Shown here: in pieces, positions 9,024 through 18,068 of the stretch | Position numbering within the stretch: position 1 is the stretch's first letter | Layout: every line of letters starts with the position of its first letter | Source: Candidatus Altiarchaeota archaeon | GTDB taxonomy: Archaea > Altiarchaeota > Altiarchaeia > IMC4 > SCGC-AAA252-I15 | DNA length: 64,000 nucleotides | Assembly: GCA_043800705.1 (NCBI GenBank) | Contig: JAZDMS010000035.1 | Span: forward strand, 32,307 to 96,306 | Direction of reading: 5' to 3' | Position numbers and translations under genes: made by a program | Notes under the pieces: model-generated | Databases searched by the model: none | What the model was told of the DNA's origin: nothing | Seen by the model: the letters and a program-made list of their open reading frames with translations, nothing else

Positions 9024-10157
9024 TTACCGTTCTAGGGCGTTCTTTTCTAGAAAGTCGACGAGGACGTTGCCGAGGGTGTTGTTGTAGACGAGGAATGCGT
9101 CGTGGCCGTATGGGAGGTCCAGTTTCCGGTAGACTGATGGGACTCCCGCCTCCGCGAGCCCTGCGAAAACCTCCTCGACCTGCTGCGGCGGATAAAGCCA
9201 GTCCGACGTGAATGAGACCAGCAGCACCTTCGCCTTGACCGTCTTGAACACGTCCTTCAGATCCCTCCTTCCGCCTTCGGTGAGGTCGAACTGGTCTATT
9301 GCGTTCGTGATGTAGAGGTAGCTGTTGGCGTCGAACCTGCGCACGAAGCTCTTGCCGTTGTAGTCGAAGTAGCTTTGCAGCTCGTACTCTATCCCGAACT
9401 TTTTCTTTCCGTTCTTCCCCTTAACCTTCTCCCTGCCGAACTTCTTAAGGAGGGTCTCCTGGCTGAGGTATGTGACGTGCCCGATCTGCCGCGCCAGCGA
9501 CAGGCCGCGCTTCGGCTGCCCCCTCGGGTAGTAGTTGCCTCCGTTGTAGTCGGGGTCGGAGAGGATTATCCTCCGGCCTATGTCGTTGAAGACGAACCCT
9601 ATAGGGTACTGCTTCGCCGACGCTGCGACGACTATGGCGGACTTCACGCTGTCAGGGTAGTCGACGGCCCACTGCAGCGCCTGCATCCCGCCCAGGCTGC
9701 CGCCGGTGACGCAATGCAGTTTCTTTATTCCAAGATGGTCGATGAGCTGCTTCTGCGCGCGGACGATGTCGCGGACGGTGATTATCGGGAAGTCGAGGCC
9801 ATATGGTTTCCGTGTCTTGGGATTTATGGAAGACGGGCCGGTCGAGCCCCTGCATCCGCCTATGACGTTCGAGCAGATGACGAAGTATTTTCTCGTATCG
9901 AAGGACTTCCCAGGGCCGACTGCCACATCATACCAGCCGTGCTTACTGGATCCGATCCTGCTCTTTCCGGCGGCGTGGGCGTCTCCCGACAGGGCGTGGC
10001 AGAGGAGGATGACATTGGTGCGCTCAGCGTTGGGTTTCCCGTATGTCTCGTACGCTATCCGGACGGGAGCCAGCTTTTCGCCGCTATCGAGCGCGAGCTC
10101 CGGGAATTCCCAGTATTTTGTCTTCACGACCCCTACAGATCCGTGCCTTCTTGCCAT
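9024..10157 (-). CDS. metX: Homoserine O-acetyltransferase
   Basis: CHALSGD, GGCRGSTGP, GGSLGG nucleophile, RFDANSY, GHDAFL. Confidence 0.93.
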   Translation of the reverse strand: MARRHGSVGVVKTKYWEFPELALDSGEKLAPVRIAYETYGKPNAERTNVILLCHALSGDAHAAGKSRIGSSKHGWYDVAVGPGKSFDTRKYFVICSNVIGGCRGSTGPSSINPKTRKPYGLDFPIITVRDIVRAQKQLIDHLGIKKLHCVTGGSLGGMQALQWAVDYPDSVKSAIVVAASAKQYPIGFVFNDIGRRIILSDPDYNGGNYYPRGQPKRGLSLARQIGHVTYLSQETLLKKFGREKVKGKNGKKKFGIEYELQSYFDYNGKSFVRRFDANSYLYITNAIDQFDLTEGGRRDLKDVFKTVKAKVLLVSFTSDWLYPPQQVEEVFAGLAEAGVPSVYRKLDLPYGHDAFLVYNNTLGNVLVDFLEKNALER

Positions 10158-10168
10158 CTTCTTTCCCC

Positions 10169-10309
10169 CTAACAGCCGCATGATATGCGGCCTTTTAATT
10201 GTGCCCCACAATGCCAGCATCTGCCCGTGGTGACCGCGATGTGCCGGAATATGCATCCATGGCAGTTGTCGCAGACAACCTCCTGAGGCTTCTTTTCCTT
10301 CGTTGTCAT
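10169..10309 (-). CDS. 46-aa Cys-rich micro-protein (zinc-ribbon-like)
   Basis: MTTKEKKPQEVVCDNCHGCIFRHIAVTTGRCWHCGAQLKGRISCGC. Fills the metY-metX gap and has two CxxC pairs. Confidence 0.7.
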   Translation of the reverse strand: MTTKEKKPQEVVCDNCHGCIFRHIAVTTGRCWHCGAQLKGRISCGC

Positions 10310-10313
10310 CTTT

Positions 10314-11606
10314 CTATACCTCCTTCAAGGCTCCGTCCAAGTCGGCGGTTATGTCGTCGACGTTCTCGAGGCCTATAGACAGCCGGACCAGGTCGGGGGT
10401 GATGCCGCCCTCCAGGAGCTGTTTCTCAGATAGCTGGCTGTGTGACGTGCTTGCCGGATGCAACGCAAGGCTCTTCGCGTCGCCGACGTTCGCCAGATGC
10501 GAGAACAGCTTCAGACCGTTTATCAGCTTCTCGCCGGCCGGCCTTCCTCCTTTGACGCCAAAGACGATCACTCCGCCGTATCCCTTCTTCAGGTACTTCT
10601 TGGCATTGTCATGTGTCGGGTGCGTGTCGAGGCCGGGGTATTTGACCCAGGTCACTTTGTCGTGGGCTTCGAGGTGTTCCGCGACCTTCAGGGCGTTCTG
10701 ACTGTGCCGCTCTAGCCGCAGGTTCAGGGATTCCAGCCCCTGCAGGAATATCCACGAGTTGTCCGGGCTTATGCAGCCGCCGAGGTTCCGTAAGGGGACC
10801 AGCCTCATTCGGAGTATGTATGCCAGGGGGGTCAACGGGCCGAGGTCGAACGCGTATCTGAGGCTGTGGTAGCTCGCGTCCGGTTCCGTAAGGAGCGGGT
10901 GTTTCTTCGATTTGCTCCAGTCGAATCTCCCGCTGTCGATGACCGCGCCGCCTATCGCAGTCCCGTGTCCGCCTATCCACTTCGTCAGCGAATGGGCGAC
11001 TATGTCCGCTCCGTGCTCGATCGGGCGCAGAAGGTACGGCGTCGTGAATGTGCTGTCTATGATGTAGGGTATGCCGTTGTTGTGGGCGATGTCCGCCAGC
11101 TCCTTGAAGTCGGGGACGTTCAATGCCGGATTTCCGATTGTTTCCGTGAATAGCGCCTTCGTCTTCGGCGTGATCGCCTTCTTCGCCTTGTCCGGGTCAG
11201 TTGGGTCGAAGAAGTTCGTCCTTATCCCAAAGTCGGGGAGGATGTTGTTGAACTGGGTATAGGTCCCCCCGTACAGGTCGTTGGCTGACGCTATCTCGTC
11301 GCCGACCCTCGCAAGGTTGATTATGCTGTAGAAAATCGCAGTAGTGCCGGACGATAGCGCCAGCCCTCCGACTCCGCCTTCAAGGGCGGCTAGGCGTTTT
11401 TCAAGCACATCGGTGGTCGGGTTCATGAGCCGGGTGTATATGTTCCCGAGCTCCTTCAGCCCGAACAGGTTCGCGGCGTGCGTTGCGTCCTTGAAGACAT
11501 AGCTCGACGTCCTGTGAACGGGCACCGCCCTCGCCAGAGTCGTGGGGTCTACTTCCTGACCTGCATGAATTGCCTTCGTTTCGAATTTTTTATCCTCTTG
11601 CGCCAT
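10314..11606 (-). CDS. metY: O-acetylhomoserine sulfhydrylase
   Basis: IYTRLMNPT, HSLTKWIGGHG PLP lysine, HLANVGDAKSL, HPASTSHSQL. Confidence 0.95.
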   Translation of the reverse strand: MAQEDKKFETKAIHAGQEVDPTTLARAVPVHRTSSYVFKDATHAANLFGLKELGNIYTRLMNPTTDVLEKRLAALEGGVGGLALSSGTTAIFYSIINLARVGDEIASANDLYGGTYTQFNNILPDFGIRTNFFDPTDPDKAKKAITPKTKALFTETIGNPALNVPDFKELADIAHNNGIPYIIDSTFTTPYLLRPIEHGADIVAHSLTKWIGGHGTAIGGAVIDSGRFDWSKSKKHPLLTEPDASYHSLRYAFDLGPLTPLAYILRMRLVPLRNLGGCISPDNSWIFLQGLESLNLRLERHSQNALKVAEHLEAHDKVTWVKYPGLDTHPTHDNAKKYLKKGYGGVIVFGVKGGRPAGEKLINGLKLFSHLANVGDAKSLALHPASTSHSQLSEKQLLEGGITPDLVRLSIGLENVDDITADLDGALKEV

Positions 11607-11634
11607 TTTCGTTTTACCTCCAACAATCCGTGGA

Positions 11635-11648
11635 GTAACAATCGTTAA
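11635..11648. promoter_or_regulatory. Operator GTAACAATCGTTAA upstream of metY
   Basis: 13 bp identical to the reverse complement of the cys operator. Abuts the minus-strand TATA box at 11651-11662. Confidence 0.7.
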
Positions 11649-11708
11649 GTCTTATATAAATATCTTTCGTTTTTTTTATGCAGATTAGCATAACTTATGC
11701 ATATTAAA

Positions 11709-11722
11709 TTAACTATTGTTAA
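11709..11722. promoter_or_regulatory. Operator TTAACTATTGTTAA upstream of HTH regulator
   Basis: Same palindrome, ending 8 bp before the regulator's GTG start. Confidence 0.65.
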
Positions 11723-11730
11723 GTCTATAG

Positions 11731-12021
11731 GTGAAACTTCCATGTGAACAGGCATTGTGGTACGTCCTTCCGCAGATACGCGCGGACATAGCAAGGGAAC
11801 TCATCGAGAGGGGGATGAACCAAAAGCAGGCTGCGAAGAAGCTGGGCGTCACTCCGTCTGCCGTCTCCCAGTACCTGAACAAGAAAAGGGCAGGCAAGCT
11901 TAAGCTGCCGGCAGACTACTCCAGCCTGATCAAGGATGCAGTAGAGGACATCATCAAGAACGAAGACGACGAGGTGCTGTCCGTAACGATCTGCAAATGC
12001 TGCGCCAAATCCAGAGGCTGA
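11731..12021 (+). CDS. Small archaeal HTH transcriptional regulator (COG2522-like)
   Basis: PCE...LPQIRADIAREL, QKQAAKKLGVTPSAVSQYL HTH, C-terminal CKCC. Confidence 0.85.
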   Translation: MKLPCEQALWYVLPQIRADIARELIERGMNQKQAAKKLGVTPSAVSQYLNKKRAGKLKLPADYSSLIKDAVEDIIKNEDDEVLSVTICKCCAKSRG

Positions 12022-12164
12022 ACGAAAGGGTTTTTGGGTATTCTCAAATAGGATGTATGGCTGGCCGCAAGATCGCGAGCGGGATTTAAACGGACAGACA
12101 CAATAACAATCCCGACAATAATATTCCCGATAAAATACCTGAAGTATGCGGTAAAGGCGACAAG

Positions 12165-14021
12165 ATGAACAGTACCCTAACCAAGGCGTGCATGATCCTC
12201 GCGCTCGCGGGATTCGCAGCCGGTGCCGCATCATACGAGGCAGACGGACACTTCGCGAAGGCGGAGGAGGACTACCGGCTCCAGACATACAGGAATGCGC
12301 TGATTGAGGTGTTTCTCGCAAGGGACGAATACAACGAGTCCGGCAACATCTGGGGGATGCAAAAGTGCGACCGGCTCGTGACGCAGATCGAGTCCTCGAT
12401 GAACCCGACACAGATCGCCGACACATACTACGGGATAGCGAGCGACTACTTCACGGATTCGCAGGACGACACGGAGGCCCTCGGAAGGGCCGCCAGGATG
12501 GGGGAACGCTGCGTCGCTGTCTGCTTCACGAACATCACATGCGGACTCAGGTGCGCCGACCTGGCCGGCAAGGCGAACGCCAGGATCAACGACATCGTCA
12601 ACAGGTGCATAAGGGAGGCGCAGGCGCGGCTGCAGAGCGCCAAGGACAACATTGACGACTACCTGAACGCGCGCGAACTTGCGACTAGCGCCAGCGCGAA
12701 ATTCTCGGAATGCGGATACAGGAAGGGCGTCGAAGAGGCCTCTTCGGTGCTGGCTTCGATCGACGAGAAGATGAGGAATGTCAGGATGAACGCAGCCGCG
12801 CTCACCGACCAGGCATACGAGGACTATGCCAGAGGGGACAACGAATCCTGCGTCCAGAACGCCAACAAGTCGCTCAGCCTCTATGGAAGGATAGGGGACC
12901 CGGACGGCATGCAGAAGGCGAGGATGATACTCGAAGAATGCGAGGGGACGCTCAGGGACTGGGAGACGCAGCTGAACAAGGATGCGGGGGAGTACATGCA
13001 GGACGCATACGACGCATACAAGGTCGACATGCCCCCCGACTGCGACAGCGCCGCGAGGAACGCGACCGCCGCAAAGGGCCTCTACCAGCAACTTTACGAC
13101 AAATTCAGCGTGCAGGAGAAGGACAAACCCACGAACCTCCAGTTCAAGACCGGAGAATACGCGGTAAAACTGTCGCAGGTCGCAGCTCTCATCGCGGACA
13201 TCCAGACGGTCAAGTCGCACGTCATAGCATTGGACACCGCCGAAAGCTTCTACATGAGGGCGTTCGACGAATACCTCGTACACAACTACAACGACGCGAG
13301 GTCGTACGTCAGGAAGGCCAAGGAGATGTTCCAGGGGAACGAGGACTACCCCAACGCAAGAAAATGCGACTCCCTGGCCGCCAGGATAGAGGAGGACGAC
13401 GGGAAGATGACGCAGGCCACAGCCCACCTGGAGGAGGCGAAGAGGATGCTGGACGACTTCAGGTTCCAGGAGGCCTTGACCGGATTGTCGAAGGCAAGGG
13501 GGCTGTACCTGGCCATAAAGTACGATGAAGGGGCGAAGAAGGCTGACCAGCTGGAGGCCTCGATAACACAGGTCGCGGCAAAACTGGGCAAAGCAAACGA
13601 CTTCCTGTCCAAGGCCGCAGCCTACAGGCGAGAGGGGAGATACGAGGATGCGATAGCCGCCGCCACCGAGGGGCGCCTGATCTACTCCGAGATAAAGCAT
13701 GCAAAAGGCGTCGAATCGGCGGACAAGCTCATCACAGAAGGCAGGAGGATAATGGATGAAGAGGCCGGCAGGAGGAGCCTCTACATAGTCTGCGCACTCT
13801 TCGTGTTCGTCGTCTCTGCAGCTCTGGCCGTACAATACAGGAGCAGGAAGTCGGCGGTGGAGGAAAAGCTCAGGAGGGGCGAGGTTGAGGCGCAGGAGAA
13901 GATGCGCAGGCAGACGGAGGCGATGAGCATAAGGACAGAGGAGGAGACGAAGACTCAGGTGGAGACCGAACTTCGGAGGCTCGTCGACAGCGAGCGGAAG
14001 AAGATCGACGACGGCCTCTGA
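12165..14021 (+). CDS. Membrane-anchored helical-repeat (TPR-like) protein
   Basis: Signal peptide, repeated A..A...Y..G helices, C-terminal TM segment and charged coiled-coil tail. Confidence 0.75.
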   Translation: MNSTLTKACMILALAGFAAGAASYEADGHFAKAEEDYRLQTYRNALIEVFLARDEYNESGNIWGMQKCDRLVTQIESSMNPTQIADTYYGIASDYFTDSQDDTEALGRAARMGERCVAVCFTNITCGLRCADLAGKANARINDIVNRCIREAQARLQSAKDNIDDYLNARELATSASAKFSECGYRKGVEEASSVLASIDEKMRNVRMNAAALTDQAYEDYARGDNESCVQNANKSLSLYGRIGDPDGMQKARMILEECEGTLRDWETQLNKDAGEYMQDAYDAYKVDMPPDCDSAARNATAAKGLYQQLYDKFSVQEKDKPTNLQFKTGEYAVKLSQVAALIADIQTVKSHVIALDTAESFYMRAFDEYLVHNYNDARSYVRKAKEMFQGNEDYPNARKCDSLAARIEEDDGKMTQATAHLEEAKRMLDDFRFQEALTGLSKARGLYLAIKYDEGAKKADQLEASITQVAAKLGKANDFLSKAAAYRREGRYEDAIAAATEGRLIYSEIKHAKGVESADKLITEGRRIMDEEAGRRSLYIVCALFVFVVSAALAVQYRSRKSAVEEKLRRGEVEAQEKMRRQTEAMSIRTEEETKTQVETELRRLVDSERKKIDDGL

Positions 14022-14097
14022 CGCGGATATATATTGCATGATTCGCAGTATAATCCATCCAAACGGAAAATCTTTGACATGACAGGGTTGATTTCAA

Positions 14098-15390
14098 GTG
14101 ATTGAGCCTAAAAATTTCCTCTTCGTCTCGCTGGATGCGCTGATCGGCGACACCGCATGGCAGGTCGTCAAGGAAGGGCACAACGTAAAGTACTACATCG
14201 ACGACAAGGAGGAGAAGGACGTGGCCGACGGCTTCGTCCCCAAGGTCGACGACTGGCAGAAGGAGGTCGCCTGGGCGGACGTCGTCGTATTCGATGACGT
14301 CCTCGGCCACGGCACCTTCGCTAAGAAACTGAGGGACGAGGGCAAGCTCGTCGTCGGAGGGACCCCGTACACCGACATGCTCGAAGACGACAGGCAGTTC
14401 GGCCAGGAGGAGCTGAAAAAGGCGGGAGTCAACATCATCCAGCAGCAGATGTTCACGTCGTTCGAGGATGCGCAGGAATACGTCCGCTCGAACCCCGGAA
14501 AATACGTGATAAAGCCGAGCGGCGAGGCGCAGAACATGAAACAGCTCCTGTTCGTCGGCGAGGAAGACACCGGCAGGGACGTCATCCAGGTCCTCGATCA
14601 CTACAAGATGGTGTGGTCGAAGAAGATCAAGGAGTTCCAGCTTCAGAAGAAGATCGGCGGCGTCGAGGTCGCGGTCGGGGCGTTCTTCAACGGCAACGAG
14701 TTCATATACCCCATAAACGTCAACTTCGAGCACAAGAAGCTGTTCCCGGGGAACATCGGCCCCTCCACGGGGGAAATGGGAACGAGCATGTTCTGGAGTC
14801 CCCCGAACAACCTGTTCAAGGAGACGCTCGCGAGGATGGAGACTAAACTGAAGGAGGAACACTACGTCGGATACATGGACATTAACTGCATAGTCAACGC
14901 CAACGGCGTCTACCCCCTTGAGTTCACGGCGAGGTTCGGCTACCCGTGCCTGTTCATACAGCAGGAGGGGATGCTGATGCCGATGGGGGACTTCTTCCTC
15001 CAGCTGGCGAGGGGGGAGAAGTTTCAGCTGAAGACCAGAAGCGGGTTCCAGATAGGAGTGAGGATAATCGTCCCGCCGTACCCGTTCACCGACAACGAGG
15101 CCTTTGAGACGCACAGCAAGGAGGCGGTCATAATCTTCAAGAAACCGGAGGACAGGGAGGGATACCACATAGAGGACGTGAAGCTCGTCGACGGAGAATG
15201 GGTCGTCGCGGGAACCACCGGCGTCGTCCTCACCGTCTGCGGCTGCGGGCAGACGATGCAGCAGGCCAGGCAGAGGGCATACTACAAAGTCAACAACGTC
15301 ATACTACCCAACAGGTACTACAGGCTTGACATAGGGGAAAGGTGGGCCGAAGACTCCGACAGGCTGCACAACTGGGGATACCTGAGATAG
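14098..15390 (+). CDS. PurD-like ATP-grasp ligase
   Basis: YVIKPSG, EHKKLFPGNIGPSTGEMG, PLEFTARFG. Lacks the canonical PurD GxGGREHA N-terminus. Confidence 0.8.
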   Translation: MIEPKNFLFVSLDALIGDTAWQVVKEGHNVKYYIDDKEEKDVADGFVPKVDDWQKEVAWADVVVFDDVLGHGTFAKKLRDEGKLVVGGTPYTDMLEDDRQFGQEELKKAGVNIIQQQMFTSFEDAQEYVRSNPGKYVIKPSGEAQNMKQLLFVGEEDTGRDVIQVLDHYKMVWSKKIKEFQLQKKIGGVEVAVGAFFNGNEFIYPINVNFEHKKLFPGNIGPSTGEMGTSMFWSPPNNLFKETLARMETKLKEEHYVGYMDINCIVNANGVYPLEFTARFGYPCLFIQQEGMLMPMGDFFLQLARGEKFQLKTRSGFQIGVRIIVPPYPFTDNEAFETHSKEAVIIFKKPEDREGYHIEDVKLVDGEWVVAGTTGVVLTVCGCGQTMQQARQRAYYKVNNVILPNRYYRLDIGERWAEDSDRLHNWGYLR

Positions 15391-15392
15391 AA

Positions 15393-15998
15393 TCAGTCCT
15401 TTTCTTCAGTGGGCACCGACTGCTTCGGCTGCGGACCCGTTGTCTCTGCTTGAGGCTGCTCATCCATCAGGAATACCGCCGCAGCGAGGGTCGTCGTCCA
15501 TTTGCCGTCCTTGTCGCCTTCCGCGGATTGAACGATGTTAGAAGTCCGGTATATGTTTCCGCTCGTCTTATAGACCTGCTCCCGCTCCTCCCACGCAGTG
15601 GTGGGGTCGAAGTCGATGCCTAAAGTGGTCGCAAGCATCGTCGCTGCCATGTCCTCCGCGTATTCGCCGGCCTTCTTCGCGGTCTCGCCGTATGAGTGAT
15701 GCTCTGACAGATAACCGTAGCCCTTGTCTGGGGCCGCGAGGCCGATAGCCGAGGAAATGAGCCTGTTGGGCTCGCTGGTCTCGTTCCTGGCCAATACGAC
15801 GAAGGTGATCGACCCGGGCCTGAGGTTCTTAAGGCCTTCGTTTGCGGAGATGATCTTGCAGTGCGGCGGAAGGATGCTTGAGACGGTGACGAGGTTGCAT
15901 TTTTCGATGCCCGCCTTTCTGAGGGCGAGTTCGAACGACGCCAGCTTGTCCTTGTGGACCCCGACACCCTTCGTGAAAAAGCACTTCTTTGGTATCAT
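15393..15998 (-). CDS. pdaD: Pyruvoyl-dependent arginine decarboxylase
   Basis: [22 protein letters not shown] self-cleavage SS, GYLSEH. Confidence 0.92.
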   Translation of the reverse strand: MIPKKCFFTKGVGVHKDKLASFELALRKAGIEKCNLVTVSSILPPHCKIISANEGLKNLRPGSITFVVLARNETSEPNRLISSAIGLAAPDKGYGYLSEHHSYGETAKKAGEYAEDMAATMLATTLGIDFDPTTAWEEREQVYKTSGNIYRTSNIVQSAEGDKDGKWTTTLAAAVFLMDEQPQAETTGPQPKQSVPTEEKD

Positions 15999-16110
15999 TA
16001 TCCAGAGGACCTCTTATGGCTCCATCCCGGAGAAAACGCATTTATCCATGTGTTTACTGGCCATATATTCGTTATATTGAAATATAAACGCCCACTTTTC
16101 AGCCGGGAAA

Positions 16111-16983
16111 TCAGCCGGATTTTCGACATGAGACGTACCCCATCACCTTGTAGGCGAGTTTTGCGGCCAGGAAATCGGGACTCTTGTTCTTTTCAGGACT
16201 CAGTTCCATCAGGTCGAATCCGACGACCTCCCGCTCCCCGATGACCGATTTCAGTATCTTCAAGGAGTCGTACCACCCGAGGCCGCCTGGCTCCGGTGTC
16301 CCGGTGGACGGCATGATCGACGGGTCGAATCCGTCTACATCGAATGTTATGAAGACCTTCTCTTTAAGGGCGGATATTATATCCGCGGTCCTGTCCCTTT
16401 GCAGGACGTCCGATGCGAAGTATAGCTTGCCTTCAGCCCTTAGCCGCTTCACAAGGTCCGCTTCGTCGTCGCCTAGGCTGCGTATGCCGACATGGACTGT
16501 GTCGGCGAACTCCCTGATCCTCGCCATCGCGCACGCGTGGCTGTATCTTGAACCCCCATAGGATTCGCGCAGGTCGCTGTGGGCGTCAAACTGGAGGACT
16601 GATACCCCGCAGTGCATATCAGCCACCGCCTTAGCTACGCCGACTGACACTGAGTGCTCGCCGCCGAAGACGACGGGGAACTTCCCGTCAGCCAGCACCC
16701 GGCCGACGGAGGCCTCCACTGTCCGGATCATCACCTCGGGCCCGGCCTTGATAGACAACGGCTGCAGGGTGGCGATGCCGCACTCGGCAGGAGTGCAGTC
16801 CAGTTCCTCGTCGTAGAGCTCCAGGTACCGGGACGCCTCGAGTATGGCGGCAGGCCCCCTTGCGGCCCCCTTGCCATAGCTTGTGGTTAGCTCATAAGGC
16901 ACCGGCAGTACGACAAAACGGGCATTAGCGTAGCCGCTGTGGGACGCATCCAAACCGCAGAATACGGGGGACTTAGGTGCCAT
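16111..16983 (-). CDS. speB: Agmatinase
   Basis: GGEHS, DAHSD, DVDGFDPS, TGTPEPGG ureohydrolase motifs; operonic with pdaD. Confidence 0.93.
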   Translation of the reverse strand: MAPKSPVFCGLDASHSGYANARFVVLPVPYELTTSYGKGAARGPAAILEASRYLELYDEELDCTPAECGIATLQPLSIKAGPEVMIRTVEASVGRVLADGKFPVVFGGEHSVSVGVAKAVADMHCGVSVLQFDAHSDLRESYGGSRYSHACAMARIREFADTVHVGIRSLGDDEADLVKRLRAEGKLYFASDVLQRDRTADIISALKEKVFITFDVDGFDPSIMPSTGTPEPGGLGWYDSLKILKSVIGEREVVGFDLMELSPEKNKSPDFLAAKLAYKVMGYVSCRKSG

Positions 16984-17069
16984 CTGATTGAAGTATACGG
17001 GAAAAGGATAAATATACTTTACATTTGGTTACGGATAGGTTTTTAACGCGGTAACCGAATAGGATACCT

Positions 17070-17243
17070 GTGGAAGGGGACGCCAATCCGAGATACAGGT
17101 GCAAGCTGTGCGGATACGTATACGACCCTGCAAAGGGCGACCCGGACTCCGGCATCAAGCCTGGAACAAAGTTCAAGGACATCCCTGAGGCCTGGAGGTG
17201 CCCCATATGCGGGGCGACGAAGGCCGACTTCGAGAAGGTCTGA
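17070..17243 (+). CDS. Rubredoxin
   Basis: Manual translation: [17 protein letters not shown]...[13 protein letters not shown] (57 aa, below the ORF-track cutoff). Confidence 0.93.
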   Translation: MEGDANPRYRCKLCGYVYDPAKGDPDSGIKPGTKFKDIPEAWRCPICGATKADFEKV

Positions 17244-17300
17244 ACGGCCGCACAGTGCTCGCTGTAGTTTGAGGATAAATAAAAGAAGGAGGGTGAACAT

Positions 17301-17801
17301 ATGATCGACAAAAAAATCGAGGATGGATTTAACAGCCAGATTAATGCAGAGTTATATTCGGCATACCTGTACCTGTCGATGGCGGCATACTTCGAATCTG
17401 AAAACTTCAAAGGATTCGGGAAATGGATGAGGGAGCAGTCGCTTGAGGAGTCAAAGCACGCCATGAAGTTCTATGACCACATAATGGAAAGGGGCGGAAA
17501 GGTGACCCTAAAGCCGATAGAAGGCCCTAAGACCGAGTGGAAGAGCCCGCTGGATGCGTTCGAGGATGCCTACAGCCATGAGCAGAAGGTAACGGCCATG
17601 ATCAACGGCCTAGTCGAATTGACGGCCTCAGAGAAGGACAATCCCGGCAACAGCATGCTGCAATGGTTCGTGGACGAGCAGGTTGAGGAGGAAAGGAACG
17701 CCAGGGAGATAGTCGCCTTCCTGAAGAGGATAAAGGATGCGGGGGGAGCCCTCATGATGATCGACCACAGGCTCGGAAAGCGGGGACAGAAGAAGGAATG
17801 A
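17301..17801 (+). CDS. ftnA: Non-heme ferritin
   Basis: QINAELYSAYLYLSM, EESKHA, HEQKVT, WFVDEQVEEE. Confidence 0.93.
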   Translation: MIDKKIEDGFNSQINAELYSAYLYLSMAAYFESENFKGFGKWMREQSLEESKHAMKFYDHIMERGGKVTLKPIEGPKTEWKSPLDAFEDAYSHEQKVTAMINGLVELTASEKDNPGNSMLQWFVDEQVEEERNAREIVAFLKRIKDAGGALMMIDHRLGKRGQKKE

Positions 17802-17810
17802 GGTAGGGGG

Positions 17811-18068
17811 ATGGCCGACAGGAAGGTATTGGTGTACAGCACGCCTGCGTGCCCGTATTGCAGGATGGCGAAGGACTACCTGAGCAGGAAAAGCATCGCG
17901 TTCAAGGATATCGACATCGCAGCCGACAGGGAAAAAGCCAAGGAGATGATAGAACTGAGCGGACAGATGGGAGTCCCGCAGATAGTGATCGGCAAAAACG
18001 TCATCGTCGGCTACGACCCCGACGAGATAGAGAATGCGCTTAAGCATGGTGATTCCGATGAACGCTGA
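17811..18068 (+). CDS. Glutaredoxin/NrdH-like redoxin
   Basis: YSTPACPYC, GQMGVP. Confidence 0.92.
   Translation: MADRKVLVYSTPACPYCRMAKDYLSRKSIAFKDIDIAADREKAKEMIELSGQMGVPQIVIGKNVIVGYDPDEIENALKHGDSDER

Noticed and set aside
12231-15168. Long antisense ORFs (602 aa, 432 aa)
   Set aside because: Shadows of real + strand genes caused by GC3 bias; no motifs.
17020-17060. GGTTAC...GTAACC inverted repeat as operator of the oxidative-stress operon
   Set aside because: Short arms, long spacer and no convincing second instance.
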